DNA of 54,952 nt, the filler included, from Sphacelaria rigidula (taxonomy: Eukaryota), in NCBI GenBank assembly GCA_964200075.2. It is 4 parts of 4 records of this genome, joined end to end, with 100 filler letters (N's around TTAATTAATTAA, not from the genome) between each part and the next. Parts side by side here need not be neighbours in the genome. Positions count along the whole stretch, not along the records: positions 1 to 13,666 come from CAXNAA020002736.1; positions 13,767 to 27,432 come from CAXNAA020002737.1; 2 more parts are not named here. One strand, written 5' to 3'. The translations under genes and the position numbers were made by a program. This document shows, in pieces, positions 11,017 to 23,824 of this stretch (its first letter is position 1; each line of letters starts with the position of its first letter). The notes under the pieces were generated by a model. That model was not told the origin of the DNA. It did not search any database and saw nothing but the letters and a program-made list of their open reading frames with translations.

Positions 11017-11430
11017 TTCACCCCCGAAAATCTGCAGCAGTTAAGCAGTTGTGGCTAGGTGCACCGAACAAATGCGGTGTACACGCGTGTTGATGATGAT
11101 ACCACCGGAGTAGTAACGGCAGAGAGGAAGCTCCTCGCCCGTGTCCTTTGTGTGTCCTCGCTCGGCGATTTTCAATCGCTCGAGAGACCGGCATCATGCA
11201 TGTTACCAGTAAGTGCCCAATTTCCCATGTGTCGGTAGGCAGGTTATTGTTGCACAGACCCCCAAAGAAGATCGGGGTGCCGGGGGGTGTCATCTCTTCT
11301 TCTCTGTGGAGCTTACCAATGCAAATATCGATTCCTCTCTGCCTCTCTCTTTGGGCAGGGCGTGTCTCTGTGTACTGCAGAACACGTCGTTGAAAAGCAG
11401 GGTGATATTGCCGTCACCGCTACTGTTCTC
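11017..11430 (+). repeat. Dispersed repeat, copy 1 (second copy ~12550-12935)
   Basis: gcagcagttaagcag..ctaggtgcacc..gaggaagctcctcgcc..ccgtcaccgctact is shared with 12550-12935. Confidence 0.8.
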
Positions 11431-11953
11431 TGCAACACACATGCCAGCAAGGACGGTGTTGCAGCATTAACATATGCAAACATAGCAACTTGGGGGGCGG
11501 TGTTATTCATCGTTTATTTCACCCAACATGTGTACCTGTGCGTGCGCGACGACAATAGGAACACGCCAGTTGGGGGGGATGTATGAGTGATCAAACACTT
11601 GTGGAGACCTTCTTGACATGTGGAGGAACAAATATACCTATGGTGATGACCTAACTGTTGTTCGCGTGGCGCATGGGGGTGCCTCCATGCTGTAACCTGG
11701 AACAACCACCCGCTGCATGTATGTCGCGGTATTTTTCGAGACTTCCTGCGTTAGGAGGTCATTCATCACAAGCGGGGGCGAGATACGTTTCACGAGGAAC
11801 AAGAGTGCTTTATGACCAACCACTTGTCGTTGCATTTGGGACCCATGCCATCAACCGCCGACCGCAAAGTTCTTGTGGCTTTCAAACAACGCTGGCGGCA
11901 GTACGCCAGGCAAACCCGGTCATAGCTGGCTTTCGTTGCTCAACTGTACTGAC

Positions 11954-12164
11954 TGTAATGCGTGAGAGGACCGCGTGCTTAGAGGACCGCATCGGAATTA
12001 AAACGTCCCTATGGGTAGGGTCAGGGTTAAGGTTGGCGTTGGGGTTGGGGTCAGGGGCGTGGTACCTGCAGGAACTGGCCCGATTGGTTTTGAAAAACGT
12101 CGATCGTGAGGTGTTTCGAGCCTCGACGCGGTCCTCTAAGCACGCGGTCCTCTCACGCATTACA
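11954..12164 (-). mobile_element. 211-bp MITE family A, TSD CTGAC
   Basis: Same TIR as 2902-3112, interior in the opposite orientation; CTGAC at 11949-11953 and 12165-12169. Confidence 0.92.
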
Positions 12165-12445
12165 CTGACTGTCGCCTGTACAATCACCGTAACACCGAAA
12201 TTGACAACGGTCGTAAAATTCAGTAGTTCTATTTTTTCAACTCATACCACACAATCTACATGATTCTCAAGGTGTTTATCATTTTTTCACAGAGTTATCG
12301 CATTTTCCATGTTTTTGCTGAAACTTCAACTCGCTTTACCTTCCTGTGTTTTCTTTTTCCTCTGCATCCCTCAGTAATGTTGCACGACTTTTGATGATGA
12401 AAATGTCTTGTCAAAATTGCAGCGCCAAATCTTCGAAATACCAAT

Positions 12446-12935
12446 AACAGCGGATCCTAAAACATGGGGTTCATCTCAAAAATGAGGTTGAAGTGGCATT
12501 TCTTTTTTGCAAGGATGACGTGAAACACTTACGACCGAGCAAAGACATCTTTCCCCCCAAATGTCCGCAGCAGTTAAGCAGCTGTCGCTAGGTGCACCTA
12601 ACGAATGCGGTGTACACGCGTGCCGATGACGATATCACCAGAGAGAGAAGCAACGACAGAGAGGAAGCTCCTCGCCTGTGTCCTTTGTGTGCCCTCGCTC
12701 GGCGAGTACCAATCACTCGAGAGACTGGCATCATCGATGTTGCTAGCATGTGCCCAATTTTCCATGTGCCGAAACATCGAGCTGCGGAGGGATTTTCCCT
12801 CGTCTTACAATTGCCCTTCCAGTTCACGAATGCGAAGATGGATTTCTCTCTGCCTCTCCTTTTGGACAGGACGCGCCTCTGTGCGCTGAAAAACATGTCG
12901 TTGTATAAAAGAGAAATGTTCCCGTCACCGCTACT
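12446..12935 (+). repeat. Dispersed repeat, copy 2, preceded by an AACAGCGG element end like that at 8836
   Basis: Homology to 11017-11430; aacagcggat..aatgaggtt resembles 8836-8880. Confidence 0.65.
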
Positions 12936-13666
12936 ACTGTGCTATGCTGTGTTCTGATGTCCCGTACTGTGCTGTGCAGTGCATTGTTGTGCTGTTTTGA
13001 GCTGTTTTCCGCGGTTTTGTGCTGAGATGTGCCGCGCTGTGCTTTGCTGTGGCCGATCTGCGGGTTTGGGAGAAGCCTCCCATGCGTCTGCCGTCGACAG
13101 CTGGAACGTTGCAGTGACTAGCGAACACCAGCCGTCCAGGAGCAAACACAGGGCATGGGATGGGGAAGTTCCACGTGACCATGGATATGCGAACGTTCGC
13201 GACGGTCTGGAACCTTGCTGTCGACCATCGTATAGCAGCCATGGAGGAGCAACTCGGGGTCGGACACGTGTGACGTGCGCGCTGTTTCGCGCTTTGCCGT
13301 GCTGTGCTGTGCTGTGCTGTGCTGTGCTGTGCTGTGTGCGGCTATGTTCTCATGTGCCGTACTCTGCTATGCCGTTCCGTGTTGTCCTGTGTTGTTTTGA
13401 ATTGTGCTATGCTCTGCCGTGCTGTGTTGCGCTGTGTTATGCTGCGCTGGGCCGCGCTGGGCTGCGTTGTGCTTTGCTGTGGCCGATCTTCGGGTTTGCG
13501 ATAAGCCTCTCATGCGTCTGCTGTCGACAGCTTCAAGCGTGCAGTGACTGGCGATCGCTAGCAGTTCAGGAGCGGAGAGAGGGCATGAGATGAGAAAGTT
13601 TCACGTGTGCATGGGTATCTGAGCGTTCGCCGCGTTCTCGATCCTCGCTGTGGACCATCATGAAGC
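12936..13666 (+). repeat. (GCTGT)n-rich region with a ~200-bp internal duplication
   Basis: GCTGT pentamer runs; 13040-13237 is duplicated at 13470-13666. Confidence 0.8.
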
Positions 13667-13766
13667 NNNNNNNNNNNNNNNNNNNNNNNNNNNNNNNNNN
13701 NNNNNNNNNNTTAATTAATTAANNNNNNNNNNNNNNNNNNNNNNNNNNNNNNNNNNNNNNNNNNNN
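13667..13766. other. Artificial scaffold linker
   Basis: N44-TTAATTAATTAA-N44, exactly 100 bp, stop codons in all six frames. Confidence 0.97.
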
Positions 13767-15781
13767 GTTTGTGCTGCAGTACAGTGAAACAAGACATGTT
13801 TCATGTTTTAGTTCTTCGGCTGATTTTGAACGGGCCTTCAGTCTGTGCAGGGTGCCGATCTTGAACTCTCGGACATGATCGCCCTTCGCGCAAATAATTT
13901 AATTTACTACAAAATTATCCCCATGTATGGAAGCTGTGCCGTTATAAAGGTATGATGCAATTACTTGAGAACAGTGCCGTGCATCGGACTTGTGCGATGA
14001 GATTTCGATGGCAGCGTGGTGGGGCAGCGCATGTTGAGGGATCGAATATTCGACCTATTTTCCCTCTTGGAATTCAGAAACTTGTCCCCGACTCTGTGAA
14101 CAATGAAATTTCTTCAATTTGGACCCGGAAATAAGCGAGAAATGTGTCAGTTACGATATTTCAATCTTCATTCCACATGCACGTTTCCAACTCACTACAA
14201 TACCCGTAACGCCGACGAAGGAACGCCAATAAGGACACTACAGTAGGCACTGTTTGGAACATACCGATGCACAAACCAACACGATGAGGCCTCATTTTGT
14301 AATCCGAATCGTCATGTTTCGCACAGAACCAGCAACTGGCAGTCAAAACACGGCCGGGACATCGCGGTCATCTTGCTTTTAGCAGTGAGCAGATACGTTT
14401 CTTCATATGGGGGTTCTTCTCCGAAAATCACGACAAGAGTCCCCTTGACGCCTTGTCATGCTCCCCGGCCAAGAAAAATTCGACGTCCTGAACAATCCTC
14501 CACCCCCAGGACTGCAAAACATTTTGTGGTCCAGTTGAGGGGTACATCACTGGACATAAGCACGGGGGTGAGAGGGCGGTATTCTCCTCAGCTGATGATG
14601 CGCACCACTCTTGGGATGGCAGGAGGTTTGTTCCTCGATAACCAAGGTGGAAAAATCTCATCATCACACTTGATGGTCGGGGGTGTTATCCCCCGTATAT
14701 TGCATTCATAACCGAACATGACGCGTGGTCCGCGTGAAAACGCACTCGTGTTGTCCTGCACGCTGGATTCAATATGCACGGAGTGTACACACTACTCGAT
14801 TGGGAAATGAGAGTGTGCCATTATGTTTGCACCAACTCTGCTTGCGAGAGATCTACGATCACGAGCACCTACTGCACCTGCTACACCAGCAAAAACTTTT
14901 AGTCATACACACGCTCCGTGGCGAGTTAAACCCACAACCGCACATATCAGATGCCCAAAACACATACAAATTATACAACCGACGACGTGCTCGTGTACGC
15001 TGCAACTCTATTACTGTGTAGAGGTTCGTTAGTAGGTGATCACCGAGGGGGGAATTGCTGTATACGCAAGCGGTCTACGTATATCATGTAGAGAGCATGA
15101 TGGCCGACGTCTTGGGGATTAGGGCCCCACCAGATACAACATGATGAAGGCAACGTGTGCATGTTTGCTGCCGCGTGGCGAGTCCTTATCACAAGATCAA
15201 TATCGAACTCCGTACGCGTGTCCTTCACCCTAATATCCGAAACACGCTTCGAACAGGTCTACCACAACTGAATACGCCCAATATCGATTCAGGTACCTAG
15301 TGATACGGCAAAGTACCTGCCTTGTCCTGTGTCAAGCCTCCTGATGCAAGGGTGGGTGATACGCGATAGGGTGACTATCGGACGACAATAATTAAAGTTG
15401 GATATATTCTGTAGTATGATATTTTTTCTAGAAAGACAACATCGCGGTGCCATTCATAAATGTATTGCGTTTCAAAAATACAAGAAAGTATACTCGTAGT
15501 AAAACTTGACAGTAAGTAATATATGGTATTTTTTCCTATAAATTTATCCTCAATATGTCTATGTCGTCATTATTGGCGTCAATCTTCCTCTCATAAATGA
15601 TTGTTATCGAAAACAGAGGCGACTCGATCGCGGGTTTGAAGTTCAAATGTAGCGAAGATGAAGATATTGCAGAGGACGGCTGCCTGTCCACTTTCTGCGG
15701 TGGGTTAGCACAGCAGCGGCAGAGGTAGCTCAAGAAAAGCGAAGCAATACCCCTTCGCGTTTTTCTTCATATAATATATAC

Positions 15782-16247
15782 ATGTCGGTACAGCACCAAG
15801 CAGTGGTACCAAGCGCAAGCGGAAGGAGGAGACGGACCGCGATATCTCTGTCGGTGCTAATGTCTGTCATGAGCCGCTGTTGCAGCCGCGTCCTGCACCA
15901 TCATTCCTTGCTGCTGTCAACTCTTCACCGCCACCCCGCCAGGGTCGCCTTCACCAACACTGCTCCGACGATGGCCTTTGCCACATCTGCAGCAAGAGCA
16001 AAGATCTCACGAACAACGGGTAGCAATCGTAGTTCGCGGGGCAGAATAGCTGACCCGGGTGCGGTAGGGACGTTTGGCGGAGCACGGACGCAGGCGGCGC
16101 CCAGCAGGAGACGGCGGAGGACGGTGTTGGGCATGGGGTTGGTATCGGATCGTCCATTCAAGGCACCCCAGACGGAGCCCATGGAGGAAATGGATTTTAG
16201 GCAGTTGGGCCTGCTGGATGAGCTCGTCCATGCTATGGACGAATTCG
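15782..16247 (+). CDS. DEAD-box RNA helicase, exon 1 (N-terminal extension and start of the Q motif)
   Basis: ATG 15782..MDFRQLGLLDELVHAMDEF; donor G|GTGAG at 16248; phase 1 joins exon 2 to give EFGFVTP. Confidence 0.82.
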
Positions 16248-17610
16248 GTGAGATGGGAGAAGCTCGGGGGATTGCTGTGGTGGGTTGAGGTTCCGTGGCT
16301 GTGAGTGTGGATGTACAGCACATAAGTATCTGTATGTATGAACAGAATCCGTGGGACGGGTATAAGTGGTGCCGTACTGCGCTGTGCAGCGCTGTTGTAC
16401 GGTACCCTTTGGTGCTGTGTTCTGTGCCTATCGACAAGAAGAGAGCTTGGCTGTGGTATGCTTTGCACGATTATATTTAGTAAACAGTACCCTCCTGCTC
16501 TTGATGTGCATATCGCGAAGCAGGATTGTAATAAGTGACGGGTGACCGGTAATGATCTGTCTGTCGCTAACCCCACGGTATCATCCCCTCCTCTCACGAC
16601 ATGAGCCGTATTTCTTATACTATACCGAAACACACGTACACAATTGCAAACCCGGGATATATCGAGTCGAACGTATACGTCAGGTAGAAGCACGATCTGG
16701 GTCGCTGCCGAGAAGGGAAGCGCAGCGATCTAAAAACTACTGCACGCCCAAAAAATAAAATGAAGAAGTAGAAATTCAAACCAATGATGGAGAAAACAAC
16801 CCCGGAGCGTAACAGAATAATGCCTATCGTTGGAAAAAAAGCAGACAGATGGAAGACAAACTCGGTGAACATGAAAAGCCTCGGTGCGAGAAAAAAGGCC
16901 GAAGATGAAAAATAAGAATCAGCTGCGGGCTTTCCCCCCTCCCTCACCCCTCACCCTCCACCCTCTTTTCAAGAATTTCAGTCTACTTAACTCCTTTACT
17001 CACGGCCAACTCCTTCGTTTGAACCGAGGAATTGACCCGTGTTTGTTATTCGTGGACGCACACAATTTCTCCGACAGACAGAAGAGACGGAGAAAAAATG
17101 GCTTCCTCTCATTCTCGACTGTCACCTATCGGCGCCTCTTCTCCACTTTGCCCCGAGTGGGTGTTGGTTTTTATGTCAAACATATTCAACGACCACTTTA
17201 ATTCAACATGTATATCTTTTCAGACCCGGAGCAGGGGGGGAATGAACAGGGGGGGGGGGGCTCGCGAACTTTTCGCCTACAGCTTAGATCCCCCACTGGC
17301 CAAGCACTGTCCGTTTATGTTGCATGCAATTTCGCAAGCGCAGAGGCGAATAGCCCGAGCATAAAATCTCGAGTCGCGACTACAAATGGTCGCTTCCATG
17401 GTTGATTAAACGGTTGCGACAACTAGGTTTTTTAACGACAGGGGGAGGAGTCAAATGATTTCAGATTCCTGGACGATTGCAGTGGAAATGAAAGTACTTG
17501 TACTTGCACAAAGAGTCTGGAGGGGACGGGGGGGCGGGGGCGTACTCATTCGTCCACGGTTCGAACGAATAAAATCGTGATTCGACTCATATTCAACATT
17601 CGGACGAGTT

Positions 17611-19361
17611 CACCGGCACCGTAGGTAAGGTAGGTACCCGGTACCTGTATCTGGGACATCTCATACCCTACCGGTACCGGTCCACTTGGGTATTTTCAAA
17701 TGTCATACCTACGATACCCACGATACCATGGTATTTCGAGATTTCAAAACCTACCGTACCCGCTCGGTGGGATATTTTCAAATGTCATACCTACGATACC
17801 TACGATGCCACGGTAGTTCGAGATACCAATACCTACCGTACCCGCTCAGTGGGGCATTTTCAAAACCCATACCTACGATACCTACGTATACCACGGTATG
17901 GGATACCCTGGTAAATACCGGGGGTATACCCAGCAATACCGGACGCGATGCACTCCCCACGGTGCAGCAGCTGGTCTCAACTCATTATGCAAAGGCCAGA
18001 AGCTGTCGGACCGGGTGCGTTTTGTCTTCACAAGTGATATATACCCAGATTCCCCCTGACTTGCGTGTTTGGATCAATTTTAATGGACTCATTATTGTGT
18101 AGTCTGAGGTGCGGTCGATTCTTTTTCTTCTCGATCTGATAGGTCCACCGCATTTCTGTTCTTAGAAGGCTTCAACTCCATTTTGTTTTCAGTGGAGCGC
18201 AGAGAAAAACTACAAGACAAAGCAGCTAAGCTTTTTCGATCGGAAACATGCGGTCGAAGGGCACGAAGCGGCACCTGACTCCTATCCTACAGATCACGCC
18301 AGATAACACCCGTTCACGGAGCCACGCTATCTCCCTCCAACTCATTCTTAGCTACCGTCCCAACCCTGCAGCATCGAGTACGAGTTGAGCCCAGGGATAG
18401 ATACGCTGCAGTAGTTGGGTTATTACTACTACTACTATTATTATTATTATTGTTATTATTATTATTTTCGCACATTAGTCCGATCTCGCGAACCCGTGGT
18501 CACAGTGGGTATGCTTTGTTTTTTTTCTGTTGGTGAAAACTTGCGCATCTTCTCCCGTGGTAGGATCAGCGACGGAATTGCGTGGTACGGTGGGCGACCC
18601 AGTTGCGTACACGCTCGTGGACTGTGCAAGCAGTACAAAGCTGCACGTCGCTGAAGTCCTTTTCACGTCGCATTGTAACAGAGAGAGCTGACAGCCCTGG
18701 GCTGTCTGCACTGCACGTTGCCCGCTTCTCTGGAAAATCCTACTGTACAAAACACGCACACACGCACTCGAGACACACTGCTTGTAAGCAGTGCAGACAG
18801 TACAGACTGCCTGTACAGTACACGAGTGACCATGTACCGTTTCACAAATTTCACCGTCTTTTTTCGATCGAAAGCTTGAAAGTTCGATTGGACCCAACTC
18901 GACAAAAATGTGCGATTTTCGCTAAAATTAATTCCACCCCCACATTTTTTCGATATATATTTTTTCGCCAAGACACGCCCTGAAACGCTCCTTCGCACTG
19001 CCAGATGACAGTTTTGAGTTCGGTATAGAGGGTAAGGCAGATACCCGGTACTGGTATTTGGGACATCTCATACCCTACCGATACCGACCCCATTGGGTAT
19101 TTTCAAATGTCATACCTACGATACTCACGATACCATGGTACTTCGAGATACCAGTACCTGCCGTACCTGCCCAATCGGGTATTTTCAAAACTCATACCTA
19201 CGATACCACGAGAATTCGAGATTTCAATACCTACCGTACCCGCCTAATCAGGTATTTTGAAAACTTATACCTACGATACCCACGCATACCACGGTATGGG
19301 ATACCCCGGTAAATAATACCGGGGGTACGCTCGGTACGGTACCTCACCTACGGTTCCTGTG
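17611..19361. mobile_element. Composite non-autonomous hAT-like element with a degenerate 8-bp TSD
   Basis: TIR caccggcaccgtaggtaaggta / tacctcacctacggttcctgtg; flanks GACGAGtt and GACGAGcc; two direct ~300-bp TACCTACGATAC-rich blocks around a foreign repeat. Confidence 0.75.
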
Positions 19362-19789
19362 GACGAGCCAATCATACCATTCATAGACAAGTTGATTTCA
19401 CCACGTTTTGGGGTCGTGATTCCTACTACATTTGAGAATACACATTCCCAGTTCATGATTCGGTACACCGTCAAAAGTACACGTTTCCTACCTTCCATTC
19501 GTATGGTATGAACCATGGGCAAACGTTTCCCAATTTCCATTCATGCAGCATGAATCGTACGTATATGTTCCCTACCTTCGATTCATACGAGATCAATCAA
19601 GTGTACATGTTTCCCACCCAAGACTAATACAGAAAGTATGATTCGTACATAAATTGCACTCTTGATTCGTTTGATACCACCTGGAGTGTACACATTCCCA
19701 GTCCATGATTCGTGCGGTATGACCTTGAACGTACATCTTTACCATCCGCGATTCATACCGGGTGACTCGTTGGTACATGATTCCACATG

Positions 19790-21480
19790 TCGGACAGATC
19801 AGCTCCCTGTAGCTCGAGCCCGCACTTTTTCAGCGTAGCTCCCTAGTGAGCTGTAAGAGCTACGTGGGCAACGCATGATTTTTTCTGAATGAGCTATAAT
19901 AGCAACATGGGCTACGCATCTTTGGCCTTGGTGAGCTACCAACCCGTTGTTCATCAGCTCATGCTTGCCCTAGGTGAGCTACCAATCCGTAGCTCATTAG
20001 CTCGTGTTCACCCTGGGTGATCTATGAGAGCTGCATGAGCTACGCATGTTTGCCCTGGATGGGATATAAGAGCTACATGAGCTGCGCATGTTCGCCCTCG
20101 ATGAGCTGTGAGAGCTAGGTGAGCTATGCATAATTGCCCTGGGTGAGCTACCGGACGTGGCTCATCCGCGCATGTTTGCCCTGGGTGAGCTCAATAGCTA
20201 CGGGAGCTACGCGGATTTTGAAGTTGTCTCCATCCCGATGCTCATGCACGTTGATACATGAACACGCTTGCATGTGTGTGTAAACACCTGTGTTCCGTCT
20301 TGGGCAGTGATGGATTTGCCGTTTATAAACATAAACAATGACCGTATCATAAGTCATCTCTACCGTAGCCACCACACGCACACACAACCCGCCCAACATG
20401 GCGACCGCCGGGGGCAGCAGTTCTAGCGGCGCTTCTGTCAGAAGTGATGGCGCGTGGATCTGGATCCTCCGCAACAGGCGATCGATGTGGAGGAAGAAGT
20501 AAGCACACATATAATAGATGATTGCTTAACCATTTGACCGCGGGGGTAGGCGATCAGTTGAATCGGCATCATTCACACCCGAGAAAAATGAATTATGCTG
20601 ATTTTACAGATCACGTACCCTCGCGGTCAAAGGGTTGACCATTTTCACGGCAAGCATAGGTAATATGCTGAATCGGCTTCAAATTCACTTGAAAAAAAGT
20701 ATGCATAGACAGATGGACTCGTACCCTCGCGGCCAAGCGGTCAAGAGCAATAAATTGGTCGATTATTGAAGACACCGAATCTTGATCATGTTTTGACCCA
20801 TTCGACCACGTGAGGAATCGTGTTGAGCTCTTTTCTTCCCACCACGAAAAGCGAGGCAGAAACCCACAACCTAATGATATGTTACGCCGTCCATTCGAAC
20901 AAGAATATAACATCATGAGAGACACCGGGTTAGCTAAGCAAATGACGTGAGTGAGCTACCGGGCGTAGCCCATCCACTCATGTTTCCCTGGGTGAGCTAT
21001 AAGAGCTGCGTGAACTACACATTTTGCCTTGGATGAACTTCACATGTTTGCCGTGGGGGAGCTATCGAGTGTAGATCACTCGTAAATGGCTTCCCAAGGT
21101 GAGCTACATGAGCTGCGTGAGGTACCCATGATTTTACCGTGTAAGCTATAATAGCAACATAAGCTGCGCATGTTTGCCCGAGGTGAGCCATCAAATGTAG
21201 CCCATCAGCTCATATTCGCCGTGGGTGAGCTATGAGAGCTGCATGAGCTAAGCACATTTGTCTCGGATGAGCTACCAACCCGTGGCTCATCAACCCATAT
21301 TCGCCGTGGGTGAGCTACAAGAGCAACATGAGCCACGCATGTTTTTCCTGGGTGAGCTACCAACCCGTGGCTCATCAGGGCACGTTTACCTTGGGTGAGC
21401 TATCGGACGTAGCTCACACGTACATATTTGATTACAAGTGAGCTACAGCTTGCAGGTGAGCTAGCTCCTGAACTGTCCGA
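19790..21480. mobile_element. GAGCTA-rich non-autonomous TIR element with an internal insertion (~20220-20945)
   Basis: tcggacag(a/t)tcag inverted ends; many gtgagcta(c/t) and catgtttgccctg subrepeats. Confidence 0.65.
20530..20740. mobile_element. Two tandem ~100-bp piggyBac-like MITEs (20530-20634, 20639-20740)
   Basis: TTAA|ccatttgaccgcg..cgcggtcaaaggg|TTGA|cc..cgcggccaagcgg|TCAA. Confidence 0.7.
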
Positions 21481-22551
21481 AGTATGCATGATTCGCATTC
21501 CACATTCATGGGGAGTCAACCCGTATGAACTCTGATTCGTCCGAACTACGCACTTGTCGCTTGCCTTGGTCATATGACCATTGACCACGCGCTGCTTACG
21601 AAACGGAGCACCGCTCCTACTCCTAACAAAGAAACCTCCAACATTTAGGCGTTTCTCCTACACGTTACACAAAAACCTTGTACGTATCTTATCCCCTTCC
21701 TGTTTCGCCGTCTGTGGCCACCATCTGTCTACTAGTATAGCCATCGTTTACTCGCTACTAATTTACCAAACAATATCATGCCACCCTCGTTTACTTCCCA
21801 CATTTCCCCCTTGTACACGCCGCGTTTGCTCCCTGTATAGTTCACATGCTGCCGCTATATTACTTTTACTCTCTAGTAGGATTGCTTCGCTACAGGGGCA
21901 AGTCTATGCATCTATTCGTCCTCCATCCGACTATTGGTATACTTCGTATACCTCCTTCTTCTTCCTGACAGGACCAGGTCCCCCACCCGAAATCGCAGCT
22001 TCAAGTTTTTCGCGTAGTCCATGGGGCTGTGCCGATATTTGCCATCCCTACCCCTTCGGACGGGGGGGGGGGGACCTACGGTGTACTCAGGTGTCACAAT
22101 TCAAGACCTCTTGGTGACTGACAATAAGTCTTGATCAATGAATGGAGGATGCCTTCTTCTTAATTCACGTGTGTGTCATCTCCTAGAGCCCAAATATTTC
22201 TATTTATCTCACGCGGCACCGCCGTCACCATGAGATGTCTCAATCTGACGGTGGTGCGTTTTATTGCAAGTGGATGAGCTCGATTTTTAGACCCGCCATA
22301 GTGGGCGTGCTATTGAGTCAAGCACAAGGCGGAGAGTGGGTTTGGCGAGTTTTAATTTGAACTCGGAGCTGAACTCACTTTCGCCCGTGGGGGTTGGTAC
22401 AGCTTTGCTAGTTGTGGGAAGGGACGGGGGGATGGAGGGAGGGGGGGGGGGGTAGGCAATGCAGCAAAATCACCCGGGGTTATAGACAGGAGCAAGTTGG
22501 GTTGGAATGCGNNNNNNNNNNGAGGAGGAGCCCGGCGCGCCGGAGGGGGTG

Positions 22552-22566
22552 GGGCGGGGTGGGTGT

Positions 22567-22618
<52 letters not shown>

Positions 22619-22627
22619 GGGGGGGGT
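22552..22627. repeat. Poly(G) tract next to a 10-N gap
   Basis: About 50 consecutive G plus flanking G-runs. Confidence 0.9.
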
Positions 22628-23496
22628 GTACTTGTCCGTGTTGAGTCGCTGGAGAGTGGCCGGCCGACACGTTATTTGTTGCCTTGTATTTTTATCCGTA
22701 CTGTGAAGTTTTGTGTTCGCTGGTCGAGCTTGCAATGCATCGCGAGGTGATGATTTTCGCCTCGTGTACTTGTTCGGCGAGGGAAAAAGACAACTTTGTT
22801 CTGGTGGACGGAGTGAGCCGAGCGTCCGTTTTCCAACCCTGCTTTTGGATGTACGTGTATAAGTCGATTTTAATGGTACGACTCGAGCGCGCGAGTACTA
22901 CAATGGTGATTTCACATCATTCCCAACCTGTCGATTTGCACAGTACGAACCAGTCGCATTTGTTCCCCCCGCCTGCCAGTCGTACAGCATGATTTTTTGC
23001 GAATATTTTTTTCCAGGCGTCGTTCGTACTGGACAACACGCAGCACTCGTTCGTTGTACGTGTACCTCAACCTTAAATTTGCTGAGTACTTCGTTCTACA
23101 GGGGGGGGGGTTACGCAATCCTGCAACACGCACCGTACGTACTATAATGAGTATTTGATATTTGTATATCTGACTCTACTTAGTGACGGTCTAGCTACTG
23201 GAATCTGGTGCGGTGTGCAAAACTACACGGCGTTTTCGTGTAGGTGTAGTAGGCGTAAATTTGTTGATGTCAATGTAATTTGGTGTTGGTCATACTTCGA
23301 TGCCACCAACTAATATGTTGTATTTTTGTTTGTTCGGTAGTGATCGTGATATCTACTTGAGCTTATTGTGATGTGAAAAACTATTTTTTTTAGTCTGGAG
23401 CTATGGCTACCTGCTTTCAGTCGTGAATTTTTGTCAACGTTTGAGTAGCCAAGCGCTGAACCCCCCCCCCCCCCGCCCGCCCGCCCTCTCCTCCCT

Positions 23497-23686
23497 CTAG
23501 TCCGGCGAAAACCCGGCGTGGTCCGTCTTGCCTTTGTAGGTATGCGAGTACAAAGGTCTCATTACTATGAGATGCAGGCTCATGAGTATCCCTCCCCCCA
23601 GAGGGGTGCTCCGTCTCGAAAGGGATGCGTGGTCAATGGTCAAATGACTAAGGCAAGCAACAAATGAGTACGCCCCCCCAGAGGGG
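23497..23686 (+). mobile_element. Two tandem LINE 3'-end fragments, each ending in a C-run
   Basis: 23605-23680 matches 49390-49465; 23497-23600 matches the reverse complement of 34625-34750; CCCCCAGAGGGG is duplicated around the second fragment. Confidence 0.75.
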
Positions 23687-23824
23687 TATCGGGAAGTCCC
23701 AGTCAGGATCTGCCTTCCCTGACCCGTATCGCACGCTATTGCTGGGCATCTCAAGTGAACCTACTTCATTTAACGTTTCTCACCGGTACTGATGCTCAAG
23801 AATGACCGCAATTGAGTACATCAT

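Larger units (their letters stand above)
17521..22040 (-). mobile_element. 5'-truncated LINE copy (body 21547-22040, C-rich end 17521-17553) split by a nested ~4-kb insertion
   Basis: Reverse complement of 21547-22040 matches 48980-49455 (PMDYAKNLKL, DRWWPQTAKQ). Reverse complement of 17521-17553 is the terminal gaatgagtacgccccc motif. Confidence 0.7.

Noticed and set aside
12979..13593. 204-aa Cys-rich ORF
   Set aside because: It is a translation of (GCTGT)n simple repeats.
13667..13766. TTAATTAATTAA palindrome recurring three times at ~13.76-kb spacing
   Set aside because: Identical 100-bp N-flanked linkers are assembly joins. The even spacing most likely reflects size-sorted scaffolds, so no synteny should be read across them.
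22352..22750. Poly-Pro and poly-Gly ORFs
   Set aside because: They come from a G homopolymer beside a gap.
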